This document shows, one piece after another, positions 21,576 to 34,543 of a DNA stretch of 64,000 bases. The stretch comes from Adineta vaga (Eukaryota > Animalia > Rotifera): positions 9,920,001 through 9,984,000 of the forward strand of contig CP075494.1 in the NCBI GenBank assembly GCA_021613535.1, written 5' to 3'. The position numbers were made by a program, and so were the translations under genes. Every line of letters starts with the position of its first letter. The first letter of the stretch is position 1. The notes under the pieces are model-generated. The model was not told the origin of the DNA. It searched no databases and saw only the letters and a program-made list of their open reading frames with translations.

Positions 21576-23966
21576 TAGTCTGAAAATAAGAGAAAAAAAT
21601 ATGTCACGTAAATTTTCTTTTTATTTGACATGTGCACTTCAAATTTAGTAATCTAGTATCGGACATATGAAAGTATGAATGACGTGTCTTTACAAAATTT
21701 GAAAACTAATAGTTTTTCTTCTGTGAAGTTTCTTACTATGTATAGAAGGTTAAAGAGCTAACTGATTCAAAGGATAAATATCGCTGATGATCTGACTTGT
21801 TCGTCTGTCTGAAGTCAAATAAACCTATGAGAAAAAAGAAGAAGAAGAAGAAGAAGAAGAAGAAAAAGAAGAAAAGTATGCAGAATCAAGAAGTAGAGAG
21901 TGAATGAGTGAGAATAATAGTAGCGTTGAGAAGGAGGAGACAAAGACGAAAAAGAGAAGAAAGAGGTGAGAGAGAAGTGGATTGAATCCTTCTCGCAGAG
22001 TTAGTCGTGAAGGTATGAGTGTGTATATGCGTGTGCCCGTCGAGAAGAAAGAAGAGATAGACGACGACGACGACGACGACAAAGTAATACTGGTTAAGAA
22101 TGAGAGAACTACTGCTTAGCAACACGACATCTGTCTTCTACTACTCTGCTCAGTATACATGGAGACATTTACTTCTATATACTCATATATCTCGTGACAT
22201 CAGGATGAACGATGGAAAAATAGAAGTAGAGAGGGAGAGACAGAGACAGAGAGAAAAAAGAGAACTAAAAGATATATTGGCTTCCTTTTTCGGACGTATG
22301 CTGAAATATCTGCTTAGAATTGAGAAAATACTCAGTGAAAAAATTCCTTTTATCAAAGCAAACAATTCCGTCTATATATGATGTATGAGTAATAAAATAG
22401 GAGAAAAAACTAATGACTTATAATAATAATAATGATCTAACAACAAAATCTTCATATTTAAGTGATACTCTGAAGAAGAAAATTCAAATGACAAGCATAT
22501 TTTTAATATGAAACTCGGAAATAAATCTAACAAATGTTAATTTCCTTTTTATTTCAAATCGATGAGTTTGTCGTTAAATAAAAAAATACATCCATCAGTT
22601 TCTATTAGGAAGAAAACCTACCATCAACAAATATTCATTACTACGATTTCTGTTGTTTTCCCAGAGATTCAACATGAAATGAAGATATTGTTTCTTTTAA
22701 GTACCAAGGATTAATAGGATTGACTCGTAAATAAAAGAAGAGAGATGTTACATTTTTTATTGAAAAGTTTTACTCAGTTATTAATTATTAAAGATTACTT
22801 AGAAAGAACTCTCTCTTGTTTTTCAGACAATGACGTAGATGCTTTTTCCTTCTAGAAGAAGAAGAAGATAAGTACAGCTCAAATATGATTATTTCAGAAA
22901 GATTCATTATCAAAAAGAAAAACATACCTTGTTTTAATAAATATGATGTCATGTGTGAATGATCAAATAGACGAAAGTAGTTTCTTTACTATAAACAATA
23001 ACGCTCGACTGAAAATAATTACTTTCAAGTCAATCAGTAATATTTTGCACGCATATATAGACAATTTTTGAATTTGAAAAATAGTTCTTTCTTGTTCATT
23101 CGTTAATCCAGTAGATACTTCAAATTTTAATCTTATCAAACATCGAATTAATTGAATGATGAAGATAAGACTCGACTACTGAATCGATTATTCAGATTAG
23201 TTAGTATATAATTCTTTTCAAGCAGACTTAAACTTCTTATCTTGTAATTTTTACTCGCTGTGTTGATTGAAAAATTAACAAAATGATAGACATATCGATC
23301 GCTCAACATGTTTAAAAATGTAACACTGATAATTATGTAGAAAGTCGATTTCAAGAATGAAAGTTTTTCATTCACCGATGTTTAGATCATCTAATTCTAT
23401 CGTGTCTTATCAGAAGATCGATCTCAACATTCCTAAAATCAAATGACTTTGCAGACAGTTCGATGAAGGAACGTAATTTCCATAGTTAAATCAAAATTTA
23501 TCTGCATTTTTTTGCATCACTATGAAAGAAAATCTGATGAAACGACGATAAACCTCTTTCAAGATGACACTTAAGCATGCACGGAACGGAATAGAAAAAT
23601 CCCATTTTCTTTCTCGCTTTTTTTCAAATAATCTAATCAGCACAACCATCAAAAGTCCAATGAGAAAATTCTCACCGAAAGACTTTAACGAAATGACATT
23701 GATGATTGAGAAATGAATGATAAAACCAAGCAAATATCGAACTAAGTAATATGAATGACGTTATACTCACGAAAAAGGACATTTTTTCTATTGTCGACGA
23801 ATACTGCCATCTATGACGGTATGCAACCGTCGGTTACTTAGTAAATTCCAATACTCAACGACTTGATTTTGATTCCTTGCCAAGCGATAAACTGGGAAAA
23901 ATATATCTCTTTCAATCATTTCTTAGTTGTTTTGACTAAATCAAATTTATTTCTTTGTTAGATTCA

Positions 23967-26038
23967 ATGAGCGAACAAGAGAAAAGAGAGCTCTTAGAAG
24001 ATAAAGACAAATTATTCGAATATCTTTCGGAAAATTTGGAAGAAATAGAACAAACTCTTGACTCTGAAGCACAATTTATCGATAAAGATGTTGCTAACAG
24101 TATCGAATATATTGAACAGATCAAAACCAAGTTTTTGGAGAAAATTGAAGAATTTACAATGAAATTGCAAGACTTTCATCAACAAAGTACCGTATTATCA
24201 GAAGAAAACAAGGCCCTACTGCAGAGCAGCTCTAAAAAAATCGATGAATTATACGAATCAGGAAAGTATGATGAAGGTTAGTATAAGCCATTATCTACAA
24301 AATATGATTTTATTTCTTCTTTTTAAGCTTTAGAAGAATTTCAAAGCTATCGAAAGTCCCATAAAGAACGACAACGAATCCATCATGCTATACCTAAATT
24401 GCATTGCAATGAAGAAGATATTGATCAATTTTTTTCCTCGAATCTTCGATCAAATCAATCTTCAATTCAATCAAGAAATCTACCAGCATCAGTTCTATCA
24501 CCAAGAACGATTGATATTGATGATGAACAAGATGAAGGAAATATCAGTGAGAAACAAAAATCACGTCGAAATATGGAAATTGAAAATAACGATTCTGATC
24601 AAGAAGATACCATCAATACAAAAGAAGAACAAGAGCTACAAAAGTAAAACTTTCCAAGTTTATTGTTCTATATGCTCTATTCTGATTTAGAGAAACGTTT
24701 GGTAGTCGTTTAAAACAAATATCTAACAAACCACAATCGACACCGACACCACCTCCATCTACTAATACTGTTGTGTAAGATTAAATAGCATCATATTTCT
24801 TTTACAAAATCTATAAGAATGATAAGAGAATAATCATATAACTATTTCATTTTTAGCAAATCAGATAATCAATCGTCAACATCGACTACTTCCACTACTG
24901 ATACTCAACGTAAATATCTTTTTAGCACCCGACTCGCAACTAAATCAGACAACACAAATCAATCAGCTTCTAATCGTAATCCCTCGAATTCTACCCCCAC
25001 ACAAAACATTCACATCACGGCTCCTAACAATCATGAACAAATCAGATCCGCGTCGAATTCTACTTCATCACCGATTCGACCACTAACATCACCAAATCAA
25101 AACGATCAATTCCAACCTTTAACATTCAATCCAGGTAAGTACACAACTGATATTTTTTCTGTTTTTTATGCAGTTAAAGCTCATAAATGTTGTTTTTTTA
25201 AATTTCAGTTGTACTATATAAACTTGAAGACAATCGTTTTCTCTTAATGACCTGTGCCGGTCAAGATATTGTTCTTTTTAAATGTCAACGTAATCAATTA
25301 CATCGATGGAGTTTTGCAAAAATTGAACGATATACTCATGATGTTCGTGAACTTCCATGGCATGAAGGTTTAATTATATCAATGGGTTCAATTGATAAAT
25401 TTACAATTTATATGTTTACTGAACGAGAATTTCTTACTTATTTTGTTCGACCTGGTCGTCGAGGAATATCACGAATATTACCTCGTGGTAATGATGATGG
25501 ATCAGATCTAAATAATTACTCATATAATTTTTCTCAACGTGGAATTGGAACTGTTTATGATAAACATATGTATCATCTTTATTTAAATCGTAATTGTCAT
25601 TGGACATTATCGACATATTTACTTAAAACTGTTGCTAATTTGTATGATTATGATTTAAATATAGTTTTTCCTGATGTTGAACGTTTTATTCAATTCTGTG
25701 TTAATGAAAAAACAATTCATTTTCTTGTTCAAATGTGGGACTCGTCCTATGCTGTTGTATTTTGTTCAGTTAATAATTGCAATACCAATGATTGTTCATC
25801 ACCAGTAATTTTAACCGGTGCTCATGAACCATTAACAATCTGTTGTGTTCCTAATCGATCAACGAATCAATATCATTTTTATATTAATGATCCAGTCATT
25901 AACGTCTTACATGTGATCGATAGTGATAGATATTTATATAAACATTCGATTAAAGCTCATGCGATATGTTATGTCAGTGATAGAAATGAATTAATGGTTG
26001 TTACAGAAAATTCAATATGTTCGATTAATATCAATTAA
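23967..26038 (+). CDS. Uncharacterised protein: coiled-coil N-terminus, low-complexity middle, beta-rich C-terminal domain
   Basis: A series of same-strand ORFs (23955, 24399, 25247) separated by GT-AG introns. A TTGTTAG acceptor lies 5 nt before the ATG. Confidence 0.7.
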
Positions 26039-26351
26039 GCGAATTCAATTTTTAAACAAAATAAAACAAAACTCTTGCGCATTTTGTCTGATGTATCAAA
26101 ATAGCTTTTGACTTTTTCTTACATCATCAATTGAAACACATCTGTGAATATCGAGTATCTCTAGTTTTTAAAGTATGAAATAAAACAACAAATCAACGAA
26201 TAGAATAGAATTCGGAAGTCTATTTATCGTCTAGTATTGACGAGAGTAGAGAATTAGTTTATTTCATAATGCAATCAAACAAAAATGTATGAACTGAAGA
26301 AAAAAAACAAGTACACATGAATATAAGAAATATGAAATGAAGTGTTTTTTT

Positions 26352-28367
26352 TTATGGTTTCCATGGTTTTTCTGAAGCACTACTTAAATTTGAACGTTCA
26401 GAAGCGATTGAGAAACGTGAACTTTGTTTTGAAACTGATGTTAATGGACGTGATAAACGTGAACCATTATCTTGTGGTAATAAAATTTTTTCTAATTGTT
26501 GATTTAATTCATCAATATCATTCAAATTAAATTGTTCACGTGCATCAAACGTAATCTTTGGACCTGTAACTGGTTGCGTAGTACTAGCTAGTGATTGACC
26601 AACGGGTGCTTCTTGGCGAGCACTACCTGTTGATTGTGGACGTTTAGGTTTAGAAGATGTTCGTGATGTAGCTGATGATGTCCAAGATACAGGACAAGTA
26701 CCAGTTAAAAGACCACGAGGAAATTTTTGAACAGCATATTTCAAACCTAATATATACGTATGAAAAGGATTGAGATTTGTTCGAAATGAGTTTACCTCCA
26801 GAAAGTAAGAAGATATTATTATAACCACGTTCCATCATAACAGTTGCTGCTTGTGGAGCAATTCGTTCATCTTCATCATACAAGACTATAATTTTACCTT
26901 TATGATTTTTCTAAAAGTAAATATTCAGATAATTATTCTACGTAATTCATATTCGAACATAACCACTAGAACTATAATAATCTTATCAGTAAATCAATAT
27001 TACACATTCCTAGGTAATATAGTTGAGAATGAGATATTGATTACTCAATCAGAAGTTTGTCGGACATGATCAGTATATGCGAAAAAATGTATTTGTATAG
27101 ATTGCATAATCATATATGACAATAGAATCCTTCTTTTTATATTACCATGTATTTCTTTGATATAAAATAAATGAAATTGAGGTCTCGATCTATTCGAAAT
27201 CGTTTATTCTTTCTATCTTAACTGTTCGAATTATTTCAGATAAGTTTATCCAGATTACATACATAGAGAAGTAATTCTCTTGATTCATTATTTGAACAAC
27301 GTGAAAGCATTGCAGCTGGATAATGATGAGCTATAAGAACAGAACACATACAGGATGTGATTATTGTATTTAGAAACTAAAGTAAATTACCTGAAACAAT
27401 ATGATTAGTACGAAATTCATCTTTGTCACGAAGATCAACAATTAAATAGGGTCGTTCATCATATTCTAAATTCATTTGTTCACTCATTGGAGTTTTAGGT
27501 GTAATAGGTGTAGTTGAAGTACGACTTTGATGATTTCTATTTACATCCATTTCTCCAACACCACGAATAACACTAGAGAAAAACAAAGGTCAATTTGTTT
27601 CTCTTTTTCTTCTTCTACAATCAATACCTTTGTAATGTTGATCGTGTTGTTTCAGTACTCATCTGACTATCCTGTGTTTGAGGTCGATCAAGATCAGTTA
27701 ATGTACGATCCGATGCAATTGGATCTATTGAAAAGAAGAATAGAAATTTAATGATAAATGAGTCATAAAGTATCGTACCAAAATCAATCGGTTTTGGTGT
27801 TTCGAATGAATTAATCTCTGCAACTTGGATAATCTAAAATTATGAAAATATTCATCGAAATAATAAGAAAAAATATATCAGTAAAACAAACCAATTGAAC
27901 AAGTGTTGATATTTTCATACGTTTAAATATTTCACCTGCTTGCTGTTTACTTGCTAAACATAAAAAGAATTCAAAATTGACCGATGAAATGCAATTATTC
28001 GTGAGATCTGAAAGCGAGAGGGAGACTCAATACTATTTAAGATTGATTAGCATAATATTTCACACTGTTCATATCGGTGCATGTTTCTGGTACTAAAATC
28101 TAGATACTTACACGTTCGTAGTTCTTCATTACGTTTGAGAAATTTTGTCAGACTATCTCCTAAATAAATAACAATATATTCTCATTCTAAATTTCTACCG
28201 AAGTAACCTGTGTCAAGTGTTGATTGAACATTTTCATATTTTGGATTGCGTGGTATACGTTTTTCCAACGGCTAGAACAAAGATCAAAAACATCAAGAAT
28301 AAATAAATCAACTGCTTTCTTTTACATGAAGTGGTGGTTTTAAACGCTTTGATGTTATTACTGACAT
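26352..28367 (-). CDS. CEP41: Centrosomal protein 41 (rhodanese-like domain)
   Basis: [66 protein letters not shown] and C-terminal KPWKP. Confidence 0.9.
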
Positions 28368-30212
28368 TGTCTTATAGTACGAGTTGTAAAGGTTAGAATT
28401 CAACTGTTCTACTAAATATTTTAACGTTTTATATTAATCAAGCATTACGTATGTATTCGTTCACCATAAGAGTTAAGCATTGTCAAGATACAACCTCGAT
28501 TTTGTACATTATTTCATGTGAGTTTTAAAAAGAATATTTCATGATTTTAAATTATAGATTTATTTCAACCGTCCATTATAGATACTGTTTTTGATCAAAT
28601 ATGTAAATTAAAGAGGTCGCTATATGTGAGTTTGTTTTTTATTTTAAGATATACGAGCAAATGGTCCTTGAACAGAATGAATTAAATGAGATTTCTTATC
28701 TCGTTTCATTCGTTACGCTTATTTCTTTTTTAATACAATCACGTAATACAGATCAAAAGATTGTTGTCTGCTATATCTCCTATTGAAAAAAGTATTATAT
28801 AAATGGACAATGTTATGGTCTTTGTCGTTCTGTTTTTTGCATGTATGTCTTTTCGTCAATCGTTCTTACATGTGCCCCATGCCTCTCCAAACATGTCAAG
28901 GATAACCAGAACAAAAAATATTCCTTCTTTCTCTTTCTCCCTTTCCTTTTTTTTCTTTTCCATTCTGTTGAAGAAAAGGAGTGGTGATGTGTACGTGTAT
29001 GTTAGTCGTAGTACTCTTACCATTACACACAAGGCATGATCTCGTCTATAGATGCATATATATATGTGCATGTTTATATGAGAACATGTTCTCGTTCTTT
29101 TTTTCTCACTCATTGCATCCTAAAAAAGTACGAATAGCATCTTGAGCATTCGCTTCACATAAAGGTAAAATCGAATCATTTCATATTTGTCCTTGTGTTA
29201 TTGACAAAAAACATAAATAACAACAAACAGCCGCATAGAATAGTTGTTTGTTATTAACAGACGTATATTCATTTGTCAATTGATATCTATAGAAAATCGT
29301 ATGTCGTACTTCATTATAGATATTTTCTTAAATGAATAAGTCAACAGAAACAGAAGAAGGAGAAGAAGAAGACGACGACGAAGAAGAAGAAGAAAAAAAA
29401 GTAAATGTCATTCGTTTTTTTTTGTACGAGAGGCAACAGCAGTCAGAGATATATTTCGAGCTGACACGTTACTTCAAAGCATACAAAGATGAAAATCGAT
29501 GGTTTCCTAATAACTTGATCTTTCTGTAACCTCTAGTGAACGCGAAAAAAAAGTATTTTCTTTTCGATTGATAAGAAGGTGATGATAGATGCATGTATTG
29601 ATACCAATAATCTTAATGAGAAATCATGTTAGAAATCGAACTTGATTTGTACCTTGAGGAAAAAACAAAATCAATTAGATTGTGTGAATCATCATGTCGT
29701 AATCATCAGGCAATTATTTAAGAATTAGAATAGAAAGAAGAGAGTAAAAAGGGACATTCGTCTTTTCTTTTTTTGCTTAGTTTCTACTAGATGATTTATT
29801 TCCTGCATATATTACGTCTGTACAAGAGAACATTATTTGTTGTAGAACGAAATGAAAATAGACGAAAGAGATGTTGATGGATAAAATAACCCTGAGTGAA
29901 GTATTCTCTACTGGTGAAGTACATCATCTGTGCTTTTATCGTCTAAACGTCAGTTTAAATCTCTCAAGACAAATCTATTGACATTAAAAGTAAATCTGTT
30001 AGATGAACAGTACAATTCTTATTTTTCTTTCGTATCTACCTGTACATATGCATTATATAATAGTACGTTTGATGCATTTTATGATCTTTTAAGTCTCGAT
30101 CATAAAAGTTGAAGGTTGTAAGGAGTTATTGTTTCTTTTTTTTTATTCATAAATTTGTCATATATATTCACTCTATTGGTATCTTTTTTTAGATTGATTG
30201 AATTCTTTCTTA

Positions 30213-33200
30213 ATGTCAGTCGATTCTGATCAACATCGACCAACATTTCGTTTTCGCGATAAATTTTCACGTTTCAAAGATCGAGTAAAAGATAAAATTA
30301 GGGATAAATCAATTAAACACAATGTTACATTATTTGTTCATCATAATTTAACAACTAATGATACACATGACAGTTCTTCTTCAAGTTCACGTCATGGTTT
30401 TCGTCAACATATGCATCATTATAAAGATGTTTTAAAAAATAAGACACATTATACCGAAATTAAAGATAAAATAAAAGAAAAAATTGATGACAAATTCGAT
30501 TTACATGACAATAAAACGTATCCAAAAGGTTTCTATGATTCAATATTTAGTCCTGAAACTGAGAATGATGTATATTTACAGACTGCACTTATATGTTTAT
30601 GGGTTATAGCTGTTTTATGTATTATACCAACAATAATTGTTATATTTTTACCTGCAAGAAAGAAAACTCGCTCAACAACAAGTACAAATATGATTTTTTT
30701 TCACATATTTCTTTGTGAACTTTGTTATTTAACTTATGTACTATTGGCAATGATAAATGTAGCAAAAGATTTCCGTTTGGCATCGTTATTTTGTGATTTT
30801 GCAAATTATGGTATGTAGAAATTTGAATTTCTAATTCGATCGAATAATAAAATCAATATTGATAATTTTCATTTGATCAAATCAAATTGTATTTGAAAAA
30901 ATATTTCGCCAAGTAATCTGATATAATTATTAATGAGATTCAGTTATTCAATCAATAGGAAGAAAAATAAAGTATGAAGTGATGATATACCAATGGCATA
31001 TATCATCATCAAAGGAACGCATAACTCATTATGCAAACATGCCATTAAGTTATTCCGTATTTTTTTTATCGTTAGAAAAATATGTAAACAGGATTACGTT
31101 GAAGTATTTATTAGATGAGAATGAATAATTGTATAAGGAATTACTTTAGTTAGAGATAGCTAATTCGCTTTTTGAAAGATATCCAAAGAACATTTGGGAT
31201 ATATTAAACGGTAGACTGATTATTATCAAGATCTAATTATATCTTTTCGAGGAAAAATATAACAACTCGGAGAGTTTCCTTTCGGAATTGATGACATTTT
31301 AGTCGATAATAGTATGATTGATGCTGTTTATGTTTCAAAGTTTGAACAACCAATCATATTCTTCGAAGATGAGCTGTATATCATGTTTTTTTGATATTTT
31401 TACAAGGTCACATATGCCCAAAGACAGTTAATGCATGCTGTTATTCCCTGGACGAACATATGTACAAGATACTAACCGTAAATAGTGATAGACTAGATTG
31501 TATTCTCTTTATGACGATTCTATGATGTGATTTTCTAGTAAATATCAATTTGTTTTTAATTATAGGCATGTATGTAACAATTCCTATCATGCAATTTGCG
31601 CTACTTTTTCTCTCACTTGAACGTTTATCGAAACATTTTAATTTACCAATGACTTGGTCGAAAATATTTACAAAACCATATTTAATTCAATTAATTCTTT
31701 GTGTTATTTGGATTATTCTCGTTGCTCTACTTGTGACATTTATGTTTATTCGAAAACAATTTTCATTCAGTTTTATTAAAGATAAAGCTTATAGTTTAGC
31801 ACCACCGATTGTTGGTGATGTTGTGCATAAACTTGCTTCGCGTCGTCATCATTGTTCGATTGATGGTCGTTTATCATCGGTATTTAAAACTGTCATTATC
31901 ATTCTGTTTATTCTATTAATTGTAAAACCAATTCTATTTTCACTTGGTTTTAATTTATTAACACCAGTTTGTTGTCGTGGAAAGCGACGAGAAACGGAGA
32001 AACATGGTGATCGTCGAACAACAACTTTAGTGACAATATTTCTTGTATTGAATTTAATATTCTCATTTCCATTCTATTTTGTGTCAATGTTTAATAGTAT
32101 ATTAACACGTATTGATTCAACAAAAGATACGTTTTCATTAGTATTAAAAACTGCTTTTATATTACGAATAACAAATATTATATTTGAATGTTTGGCATTT
32201 TATATATTCGAAAGAAATTCATGGAATCTTTTAAGTAAATTGTTCTATTATGGGACATGCAAGAAATTTCCAATCTTTAAAGCAACATCGGATGATGATA
32301 TTATGTATACAAAAGATCCCGATGTTCAAGATCTTATTAATCGTACACGACGACGTTCAAATGATGATGAAGATGACGACGAAGACGACGACGATGATGA
32401 TGATGATGATGGAGTTGTAACAAAGAAGAAACGAATTATTAAGAAGAAAACAAACGACATAACTGAAAGTGAACCCGAAGAAGACAAAGATGATGATGAC
32501 GATGACGATGGAGCTTTCAGAAAAGTAAAAAAGAAACAATCAATTACCGAAAAAGACCAAACACAAGATGATAGTGATGAAGCGGAACCTATTACTAAAA
32601 AGACAAAGAAATCAAAGAAACAAGTTGTCAAAAGTAATAGTGACGACGATGAAATTGAAACAAAGAAAATTCGATCGACAAAACGAACATCAAAAACAAA
32701 GAAAGTTGTTACTGATGAAGAAGAAGATGATGATGACCAATCGGAACGTCGTGATAGTGATGATGAAGATAATGATACCAAACGTATTACGACGACGAAA
32801 CGAAAATCTCGAACAAAAAAAGCTGCTAGTGATGATGACGAGGAAGAAGAACAAAAAACTACCATAACTAAGAGAAGAAAATCACGTCCAAAAAGTGATG
32901 AAGATGACGAAGAAGAAGGTCAATCGAAAACTAAAAGAAGGTCACATCAAAAGATTGAAGAAGAAGAAGAAGATGATGATGATGATGATGATGACGATGG
33001 AGTTCCTATAAAAACGAAACGAAAATCTCGTAAGAAAATTGAACAAGAGGAAGAAGAAGAAAAAACACCGCCTACTATCAAACGAAAATCGCGTCCTAAA
33101 ATTCCAATTGAATTTGAACAAGAAGAAGAAACAATCAAAAAACCAAAACCGAAAGCACGTACAAAAGTGAAACGAGCAGAAAAAGAAGAAGAGGAAATTA

Positions 33201-33601
33201 TTCGAAAACCGAATAGTAAATCACATCACAATGATGTTGAAATTCGAATACCAAATGGAAAATCATCTTCTCATCGACCGACTACTACTGATACAAAACG
33301 TCGTTCAATAAGACCTTCACCATCACCCGTGGGAAGTGATGTCGAACGAGGCTCGATTGCTAGTCATTCATCAGCTAAAATTACTAAACCTGTCAAAACG
33401 AAGATACATTCATCGTCAACGGAACACAAACGAACTCGAACTATTTCACCTAGTACTAAACGATCTCATCAGCGAGCCGATCCTTCACCTTCATCTCGAC
33501 CGAAGACGAAAAAGCATCATCGTCACACAACAACTAAAACAAAGAAACGTCCGAAAAAAGATCATCATACTCGAATACTTGAAATGTCCGACGAAGTATA
33601 A
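30213..33601 (+). CDS. Orphan class A-like 7TM receptor with a long D/E/K/R-rich C-terminal tail
   Basis: Exons 30213-30810 and 31566-33601. Seven hydrophobic segments, Cys at the top of TM3 (LFCDF), LSLERL in place of DRY, and FSFPFY in TM6. Confidence 0.8.
31170..31460 (+). pseudogene. Decayed hemopexin-repeat-like coding fragment inside the GPCR intron
   Basis: Manual translation across stops and frameshifts gives RYPKNIWD, IISFRGKI*, IDAVYVSKFEQPIIFFEDELY and HAVIPWTN, resembling hemopexin motifs (GYPK.I, IDA..., FF.G). Confidence 0.4.
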
Positions 33602-34543
33602 TCTCTGTTGAGAATCCGTTACGTCTCAAAGTTTTATTTTCTGTGATGATTATTAGTTCTATTGAAATCTCGCAATTGTTTTTCAGTGAACCTGTTTTAT
33701 CCATCATTTTACATTTTTTTTGTACATGATTTTTTTAATGTTCAAGAATATTTACAAATCTAGTGAAAGATTAGCAATTAAGAAGTTATCGAGCATCCGA
33801 AAGAAACGTGTCGAAATGAAAGAAAATGATGAGGACGGAAATACTTCAAGAAGACCTCTAAGCAATTTCATTAATATGCAATTTTTTCTTGTGTATGAAA
33901 AGCTTCAAGGATATTTTCATTGTGATGAAAGAGAAAATCGGCTTTTAATCCTCTTTCAAGTAACTTTCTTTCATAGCCTATCGATATAGCTGAATAGAAA
34001 AGATTTTACAGTCTGAGTGGACTGATCAATCTTACTAAAATTAACATATTTAAATCTTCGTTATCACACAAACTCTTGTTTTTTATTATTGTTCCTATTC
34101 GCGCACACAAAACACGAAGAACAAGGAAAAAAGAAAAGAAAAAAAAAAGAAAAACTGAAATCAAGGAAGCACACAAGACAATTTTGCGCGTTAGCAAAAA
34201 GAAAACAACTGAAACAAAGAAAAAAAAGGAGGAAAAAAACAAAGACAATGGTGAGTTGACGTTCTTTTCATGAGGAAATAAATAAACAAAGAAAGAACAA
34301 AATGTATCAGTTGATTGAAAGAGAAAAAAAAAGAAGAAATGTTTATTTTTCTATGGAATGTAGTTAGTTTCTTTTTCGGGAGGTTTTTGTCCTGAAAGCG
34401 CCGTATGACAAATGGACGGAACATCCGACCTACTACATTACTGTTCTATACATATATGTTGTCGTTGTCAAACAAATAACAGCAAAGAAAAAGAAAAAAC
34501 AAATGAAAAAAGTTCAACAGGAACAGAAATGTTTGAGTATTAT

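Noticed and set aside
21825-22381. Ser/Phe-rich or Arg/Glu-rich short ORFs here and at 29332, 32326-33138 and 34006-34424
   Set aside because: They are translations of GAA/GAC/GA microsatellites, UTRs, or the antisense strand of real genes.
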